Shown here piece after piece: positions 25,662 through 32,000 of a stretch of DNA of 32,000 bases. The stretch is from Pseudomonas aeruginosa (GTDB lineage Bacteria; Pseudomonadota; Gammaproteobacteria; Pseudomonadales; Pseudomonadaceae), in NCBI RefSeq assembly GCF_001457615.1, contig NZ_LN831024.1, forward strand, positions 570,001-602,000. Reading direction: 5' to 3'. The position numbers and the translations under genes were made by a program. Every line of letters begins with the position of its first letter. Position 1 is the stretch's first letter. The notes under the pieces are model-generated. The model had not been told where the DNA came from and did not search any database. It saw only the letters and a list, made by a program, of their open reading frames with translations.

Positions 25662-27659
25662 ATGCCCAGCCGTCGTGAGCGAGCCAATGCCATCCGTGCA
25701 CTGAGCATGGATGCCGTGCAGAAAGCCAACAGCGGCCACCCGGGCGCCCCGATGGGCATGGCCGATATCGCCGAGGTCCTCTGGCGCGACTACATGCAGC
25801 ACAACCCGAGCAACCCGCAGTGGGCCAACCGCGACCGCTTCGTGCTGTCCAACGGCCACGGCTCGATGCTGATCTACTCCCTGCTGCACCTCACCGGGTA
25901 CGACCTCGGCATCGAGGACCTGAAGAACTTCCGCCAGCTCAACTCGCGCACCCCGGGCCACCCGGAGTACGGCTACACCGCCGGCGTCGAGACCACCACC
26001 GGTCCGCTCGGCCAGGGCATCGCCAATGCGGTGGGCATGGCGCTGGCGGAGAAGGTCCTGGCCGCCCAGTTCAACCGCGACGGTCACGTGGTGGTCGACC
26101 ACTACACCTACGCCTTCCTCGGCGACGGCTGCATGATGGAAGGCATTTCCCATGAGGTCGCCTCGCTGGCCGGCACCCTGCGCCTGAACAAGCTGATCGC
26201 CTTCTACGACGACAACGGCATTTCCATCGACGGCGAGGTCCACGGCTGGTTCACCGACGACACCCCGAAGCGCTTCGAGGCCTATGGCTGGCAAGTGATC
26301 CGCAACGTCGACGGGCATGACGCCGACGAGATCAAGACCGCCATCGATACCGCGCGCAAGAGCGACCAGCCGACCCTGATCTGCTGCAAGACCGTGATCG
26401 GTTTCGGCTCGCCGAACAAGCAGGGCAAGGAAGAGTGCCACGGCGCGCCGCTGGGCGCCGACGAGATCGCCGCGACCCGCGCCGCGCTGGGCTGGGAGCA
26501 CGCTCCGTTCGAGATCCCGGCGCAGATCTACGCCGAGTGGGACGCCAAGGAATCCGGCGCCGCCCAGGAAGCCGAGTGGAACAAGCGTTTCGCCGCCTAC
26601 CAGGCTGCCCATCCGGAACTGGCCGCCGAATTGCTGCGCCGCCTGAAGGGCGAGCTGCCGGCCGACTTCGCCGAGAAGGCCGCGGCCTACGTCGCCGATG
26701 TTGCCAACAAGGGTGAGACCATCGCCAGCCGCAAGGCCAGCCAGAACGCGCTGAACGCCTTCGGCCCGCTGCTGCCGGAGCTGCTCGGCGGTTCCGCCGA
26801 CCTGGCCGGCTCCAACCTGACCTTGTGGAAGGGCTGCAAGGGCGTCAGCGCCGACGACGCCGCCGGCAACTACGTGTTCTACGGCGTGCGCGAATTCGGC
26901 ATGAGCGCGATCATGAATGGCGTCGCCCTGCACGGCGGTTTCATTCCCTACGGTGCGACCTTCCTGATCTTCATGGAATACGCGCGCAACGCCGTGCGCA
27001 TGTCCGCATTGATGAAGCAGCGCGTGCTCTACGTGTTCACCCACGACTCCATCGGCCTCGGCGAGGACGGCCCGACCCACCAGCCGATCGAACAACTGGC
27101 CAGCCTGCGCCTGACCCCGAACCTGGACACCTGGCGCCCGGCCGACGCGGTCGAGTCGGCGGTGGCCTGGAAGCATGCCATCGAGCGTGCCGACGGTCCG
27201 TCCGCGCTGATCTTCTCCCGCCAGAACCTGCCGCACCAGGCGCGCGACGTCGCCCAGGTGGCCGACATCGCCCGCGGCGGCTACGTGCTGAAGGACTGCG
27301 AAGGCGAGCCGGAACTGATCCTGATCGCCACCGGTTCGGAAGTCGGCCTGGCCGTGCAGGCCTACGACAAGCTCAGCGAGCAGGGCCGCAAGGTCCGTGT
27401 GGTATCGATGCCATGCACCAGCGTCTACGAGCAGCAGGACGAGTCCTACAAGCAGTCCGTGCTGCCGGTGGAAGTCGGCGCGCGCATCGCCATCGAGGCC
27501 GCCCATGCCGACTACTGGTACAAGTACGTCGGTCTCGACGGGCGCATCATCGGCATGACCAGCTTCGGCGAGTCGGCGCCGGCCCCGGCGCTGTTCGAGC
27601 ACTTCGGCTTCACCCTGGACAACGTCCTGGCGGTGGCCGAGGAGCTGCTGGAAGACTGA
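25662..27659 (+). CDS. tktA: Transketolase
   Basis: Start at [41 protein letters not shown] with GGAG upstream; 665 aa. The ThDP motif is [12 protein letters not shown]. The track ORF starts upstream at 25452. Confidence 0.97.
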   Translation: MPSRRERANAIRALSMDAVQKANSGHPGAPMGMADIAEVLWRDYMQHNPSNPQWANRDRFVLSNGHGSMLIYSLLHLTGYDLGIEDLKNFRQLNSRTPGHPEYGYTAGVETTTGPLGQGIANAVGMALAEKVLAAQFNRDGHVVVDHYTYAFLGDGCMMEGISHEVASLAGTLRLNKLIAFYDDNGISIDGEVHGWFTDDTPKRFEAYGWQVIRNVDGHDADEIKTAIDTARKSDQPTLICCKTVIGFGSPNKQGKEECHGAPLGADEIAATRAALGWEHAPFEIPAQIYAEWDAKESGAAQEAEWNKRFAAYQAAHPELAAELLRRLKGELPADFAEKAAAYVADVANKGETIASRKASQNALNAFGPLLPELLGGSADLAGSNLTLWKGCKGVSADDAAGNYVFYGVREFGMSAIMNGVALHGGFIPYGATFLIFMEYARNAVRMSALMKQRVLYVFTHDSIGLGEDGPTHQPIEQLASLRLTPNLDTWRPADAVESAVAWKHAIERADGPSALIFSRQNLPHQARDVAQVADIARGGYVLKDCEGEPELILIATGSEVGLAVQAYDKLSEQGRKVRVVSMPCTSVYEQQDESYKQSVLPVEVGARIAIEAAHADYWYKYVGLDGRIIGMTSFGESAPAPALFEHFGFTLDNVLAVAEELLED

Positions 27660-28723
27660 TGCACACGCTCTACTGGCGGGACCTCGAAAGCCCCGCCAAT
27701 GGCGAATGGCTGGGCCTCGCGGTCCAGGTGGAGGGCGCCCATCGGGCGCCCTCTTTCCTTCATCTGCAATCCGGCGGCCAGGCCCGCATTCGCCTGATGC
27801 GTGGCGATCAGCCGCTGCTCTGGGCCACCCAGTTGCCGTACCACGATGGCATCTGGCTGGTGAAGAGCCTGGTCGCGGCGAGCCCGGCGCAGGCCAGCGT
27901 GCCGCCCATCGACTCGCCGACCCTGGAAGCGTTGCGCGGCCTGCGCGGCGAGGCCCGCTACAAGGCCTGGAGCCGCTATTTCGTCGAGACCCTGCGTACC
28001 AGCCCGGGCAGTTGCCTGGAGGCCGGGCGCTGGTTGCTGCGCCTGTCGCTCGCCGAGCAGGTGCCCGCCTGGCAGCCACCGCAGAGCCACGATCCGCGCG
28101 AAAGGGTGCTGGAACGCTGGCGCTACCGCAGCGTCGGGCGCGACGCACTGTTGCCGGACTGGCGCTTCTACAGCCTGGAGAAGGTCCTCGACGACGACTG
28201 GGTGCAGTGGCTCGACTGGTGGGGGCGCGACAACGACGCCCTGATCGCCCTGCGCCGGGTCGAGGATGACGAGGGGCGGGTCAAGTGGTGGCGCAAGAAG
28301 GCCCGCGAAGGCGAGCTGCCGCCGGTGCTGGCGCTGCGCCTGAACTGCCTGGATGCCTGCGTGATCCTCGATGGCCACTGCCGGCTGCGCGCCGGCCTGC
28401 TGGAGAACGTCGCGCCGGAGATCCTGGTGCTCTGTGCCTACGACGAGCAGCCGATGCCGGTGGATACGGCGCAGCGCGAACGGGTGCTGCAATCGCTGGC
28501 GCAGCGGGTCGACGCGCCGGTGCGCCGTGGACGCCGGCCGCTGGATAGCGAACAGCTCAACCAGGTGCTGCTGCGCCTGTTCGACGACCGTCCCTGGCCG
28601 CGAGTGCTGACCCGTGCCCGCGCGGTGCTGAAGGAAGAGCAGTGGTGCGCGGAAGTGCGCGACTGGCTGGCCGCCCGCGAGCGTCTGGACGCGCTGGAGC
28701 CGATCATCCGTCGCGTCGAGTAG
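27659..28723 (+). CDS. Hypothetical 354-aa Trp/Arg-rich protein, translationally coupled to tktA
   Basis: The ATG overlaps the tktA stop (TGATG) and is in frame with track ORF 26825..28723. GC3-rich. I recognise no family apart from a possible ParB/Srx-like [28 protein letters not shown] segment. Confidence 0.7.
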   Translation: MHTLYWRDLESPANGEWLGLAVQVEGAHRAPSFLHLQSGGQARIRLMRGDQPLLWATQLPYHDGIWLVKSLVAASPAQASVPPIDSPTLEALRGLRGEARYKAWSRYFVETLRTSPGSCLEAGRWLLRLSLAEQVPAWQPPQSHDPRERVLERWRYRSVGRDALLPDWRFYSLEKVLDDDWVQWLDWWGRDNDALIALRRVEDDEGRVKWWRKKAREGELPPVLALRLNCLDACVILDGHCRLRAGLLENVAPEILVLCAYDEQPMPVDTAQRERVLQSLAQRVDAPVRRGRRPLDSEQLNQVLLRLFDDRPWPRVLTRARAVLKEEQWCAEVRDWLAARERLDALEPIIRRVE

Positions 28724-29501
28724 CGCGCCAGCGCCGCAGCCATTCCAGGCCTGCCGAGGTGTCGCCGCGCGGACGGTACTCGCAGCCGATCCAGCCCTGG
28801 TAGCCGAGCCGTTCGAGTAGCTCGAACAGGTAGGGGTAGTTCACTTCGTTGTCGTCATCCGGCTCGTGGCGGTCGGGTACCCCGGCGATCTGGACGTGGC
28901 CGATATTGCCGATGTCGCGACGCAGGGTGGTGGCCAGGTCGCCCTCGACGATCTGGCAGTGGTAGCAGTCGAACTGTACCTGCAGGTTGTCCGCGCCGAC
29001 CTCGCGGCAGATGGCCTGGGCGTCGTCCTGGCGGGTGAGGAAGAAGCCCGGCATGTCGCGGTTGTTGATCGGCTCTATGAGCACCGTCAGCCCGGCACCG
29101 GCGGCCTCGCGGGCGGCATGGGCGAGGTTGTCGAGGTAGGTCTCGCGGTGGCGGATGCGGTCGGCGCCGGCCGGCAGCAGTCCGGCCATGACATGGATGT
29201 GGCGGTTGCCGAGGACCTGGGCATAGTCGATGGCCTGGGCGATGGCGCGGCGGAATTCGGCCTCGCGCCCCGGCAGGCTGGCCAGGCCGCGCTCGCCCTT
29301 GTCCCAGTCGCCGGGTGCGGCATTGAACAGCACCTGGCGCAGGCCGTGGTCGTCCAGCCGGGCCTTCAGTTCGGCCGCAGGGTAGGCATAGGGGAACAGG
29401 TACTCCACGCCCTCGAAGCCGTCCGCCGCGGCGGCGGCGAAGCGTTCGAGGAAGTCGTGGCGGGGGTAGAGCATGCTGAGGTTGGCGGCGAAGCGGGGCA
29501 T
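28704..29501 (-). CDS. Hydroxypyruvate isomerase / 2-oxo-tetronate isomerase family (xylose-isomerase-like TIM barrel)
   Basis: The start at [38 protein letters not shown] has AGGAG upstream; 265 aa. Hyi-like motifs HVMAG, LIEPIN and IGHVQIA. The 3' end overlaps the convergent orphan gene by 20 nt. Confidence 0.85.
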   Translation of the reverse strand: MPRFAANLSMLYPRHDFLERFAAAAADGFEGVEYLFPYAYPAAELKARLDDHGLRQVLFNAAPGDWDKGERGLASLPGREAEFRRAIAQAIDYAQVLGNRHIHVMAGLLPAGADRIRHRETYLDNLAHAAREAAGAGLTVLIEPINNRDMPGFFLTRQDDAQAICREVGADNLQVQFDCYHCQIVEGDLATTLRRDIGNIGHVQIAGVPDRHEPDDDNEVNYPYLFELLERLGYQGWIGCEYRPRGDTSAGLEWLRRWRATRRDG

Positions 29502-29715
29502 CTGGCGCTCCTGGCGGTCGGTGGATGCGGGCGAGCCTTGCACAACGGAACGCGGTCGCGCCAGCCAGGTGTCGCATGAATCGTTTCAGCGCCTGCACGC
29601 GAGCCGTTGCCGCGGCGCACGCCGCGCCGCGCGGGTCGCGGACGGTTCCCAGGCGGGCCCATCCCCCGCATAATTGGCGCCTTTCACTGGCCCCTTGCCG
29701 GAGCTATCCCTGCCG

Positions 29716-30777
29716 ATGTCCACCCCGCCTTTTCGCGTCGCGCTCAATGGCTATGGCCGTATCGGCCGCTGCGTCCTGCGCGCGCTGCACGAGCGCCCGG
29801 AGCAACTGGGCTTCGAGATCGTCGCGCTGAACGACCTGGCCGACCAGGCCAGCGTCGAGTACCTGACCCGCTTCGACTCCACCCATGGCCGCTTTCCCGG
29901 CGAAGTGAAGGTCGACGGCGACTGCCTGCACATCAACGGCGATTGCGTGAAGGTGCTGCGCAGCCCGACTCCGGAGGCCATCGACTGGCAGGCGCTGCGG
30001 GTCGACCTGGTGCTGGAGTGCTCCGGCCAGTACACCAATCGCGCCCAGGCCGAGCGTTTCCTCCGCGCCGGCGCGCCGCGGGTGCTGTTCTCGCAGCCGA
30101 TGGCGAGCGAGGCGGACATCGACGCCACCATCGTCTATGGGGTCAACCAGCAGGACCTCAGCGGCCGCGAAACGCTGGTCTCCAACGCCTCCTGCACGAC
30201 CAATTGCGGGGTGCCGCTGCTCAAGCTGCTGAACGAGGCGATCGGCCTGGAATACGTGTCGATCACCACCATCCACTCGGCGATGAACGACCAGCCGGTG
30301 ATCGACGCCTACCACCATGAGGACCTGCGCCGTACCCGTTCGGCGTTCCAGTCGGTGATCCCGGTGTCCACCGGTCTGGCGCGCGGCATCGAACGCCTGT
30401 TGCCGGAACTTGCCGGGCGCATCCAGGCCAAAGCCATACGCGTGCCCACGGTGAACGTCTCGGCGCTGGACATCACCCTGCAGACTTCCCGCGACACCTC
30501 CGCCGCCGAGATCAACCGGGTGCTTCGCGAGGCCGCCGAAAGCGGCCCGCTGCGCGGACTGCTGGCTTATACCGAGCTGCCGCACGCCAGTTGCGATTTC
30601 AACCACGACCCCCATTCGGCCATCGTCGATGGCAGCCAGACCCGCGTTTCCGGGCCTCGCCTGGTCAACCTGCTGGCCTGGTTCGACAACGAATGGGGAT
30701 TCGCCAACCGTATGCTCGACGTCGCCGGACACTACCTGCGCGCCGCCGTGCCTGATCAACAAGTACCCAAGGACTGA
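29716..30777 (+). CDS. epd: D-erythrose-4-phosphate dehydrogenase
   Basis: [72 protein letters not shown] and [12 protein letters not shown] closely parallel E. coli Epd. It lies upstream of pgk. Confidence 0.92.
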
Positions 30778-30782
30778 TTGTC

Positions 30783-31946
30783 ATGACCGTGTTGAAGATG
30801 ACTGACCTCGACCTCAAAGGTAAGCGCGTGCTGATCCGCGAGGACCTCAACGTGCCCGTGAAGGACGGCCAGGTGCAGAGCGATGCACGGATCAAGGCCG
30901 CCCTGCCGACCCTCAAGCTGGCCCTGGAGAAGGGCGCGGCGGTGATGGTCTGCTCGCACCTGGGCCGACCGACCGAGGGCGAGTTCTCCGCCGAGAACAG
31001 CCTGAAGCCGGTGGCCGAGTACCTGTCCAAGGCCCTGGGCCGCGAAGTGCCGCTGCTGGCCGACTACCTCGACGGCGTCGAGGTCAAGGCGGGCGACCTG
31101 GTGCTGTTCGAGAACGTGCGCTTCAACAAGGGCGAGAAGAAGAACGCTGACGAGCTGGCGCAGAAGTACGCTGCGCTGTGCGACGTGTTCGTGATGGATG
31201 CCTTCGGTACCGCCCACCGCGCCGAGGGGTCGACCCACGGCGTGGCCAGGTTCGCCAAGGTCGCCGCCGCCGGCCCGCTGCTGGCCGCCGAACTGGACGC
31301 GCTGGGCAAGGCGCTGGGCAACCCGGCGCGGCCGATGGCGGCGATCGTCGCCGGCTCCAAGGTTTCCACCAAGCTCGACGTGCTGAACAGCCTGGCCGGC
31401 ATCTGCGACCAACTGATCGTCGGCGGCGGCATCGCCAACACCTTCCTCGCCGCGGCCGGACACAAGGTCGGCAAGTCACTGTACGAGGCCGACCTGGTCG
31501 AGACCGCCAAGGCCATCGCCGCCAAGGTCAAGGTGCCGCTGCCGGTGGACGTGGTGGTGGCCAAGGAATTCGCCGAGAGCGCCGTGGCGACCGTCAAGGC
31601 CATCGCCGAGGTCGCCGATGACGACATGATCCTCGACATCGGCCCGCAGACCGCCGCGCAGTTCGCCGAGCTGCTGAAGACCTCGAAGACCATCCTGTGG
31701 AACGGTCCGGTCGGGGTGTTCGAGTTCGACCAGTTCGGCGAGGGCACCCGTACCCTGGCCAATGCCATCGCCGATAGCGCGGCGTTCTCCATCGCCGGCG
31801 GCGGCGATACCCTGGCGGCGATCGACAAGTACGGCATCGCCGAGCGGATCTCCTATATTTCCACCGGTGGCGGCGCGTTCCTTGAGTTCGTCGAGGGCAA
31901 GGTCCTGCCGGCCGTGGAAATCCTGGAGCAGCGCGCCAAGGGCTGA
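30783..31946 (+). CDS. pgk: Phosphoglycerate kinase
   Basis: 387 aa with motifs [30 protein letters not shown] and GGGDT. Confidence 0.97.
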
Positions 31947-32000
31947 CGCAGACGGGGCAAACCATTCGCCGTCCTCGGGGGTCACACCTTTGAGGACGAC

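Noticed and set aside
25572-28148. 858-aa minus-strand ORF
   Set aside because: It is antisense to tktA and the orphan gene. It shows the typical high-GC shadow-ORF composition.

Overview
High-GC (about two-thirds G+C) Pseudomonas aeruginosa-type core chromosome. From memory it is colinear with PAO1 PA0520-PA0552; locus tags are recollection, not a search result. Left to right: 3' end of nirQ, then nirO-nirP and norCBD (NO reductase) behind an FNR-type box; a 64-aa zinc-ribbon membrane protein; dnr; the RsmY sRNA with its GacA palindrome; a LysR regulator divergent from a MOSC / small ORF / class-III aminotransferase / GATase1 operon; a small hypothetical gene divergent from a PAS-LuxR regulator; pauB1 with a PuuR-like XRE-cupin regulator; a lemA-TPM pair; dsbB; a DMT transporter; a MAPEG protein; a cytochrome c'-like lipoprotein; a REP-like repeat cluster; a DUF1090-like protein; an esterase; a metallophosphoesterase; a NOX-like ferric-reductase flavocytochrome; an ArsR-methyltransferase (SahR-like) gene with metK; tktA; an orphan 354-aa protein; a hydroxypyruvate-isomerase-like gene; epd and pgk. 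I found no CRISPR array, mobile element, tRNA/rRNA, or compositional island, and I see no clear novel multi-gene system. The least-explained items are the orphan protein coupled to tktA (possible ParB/Srx-like motif), a small ORF not listed as its own ORF-track entry (it lies inside the 8029..8433 entry) that is coupled on both sides within the MOSC-aminotransferase-GATase operon, the FNR-boxed zinc-ribbon protein, and several strong AT-rich palindromic operators. Many long ORFs in the track are antisense artefacts of high GC content and were rejected.
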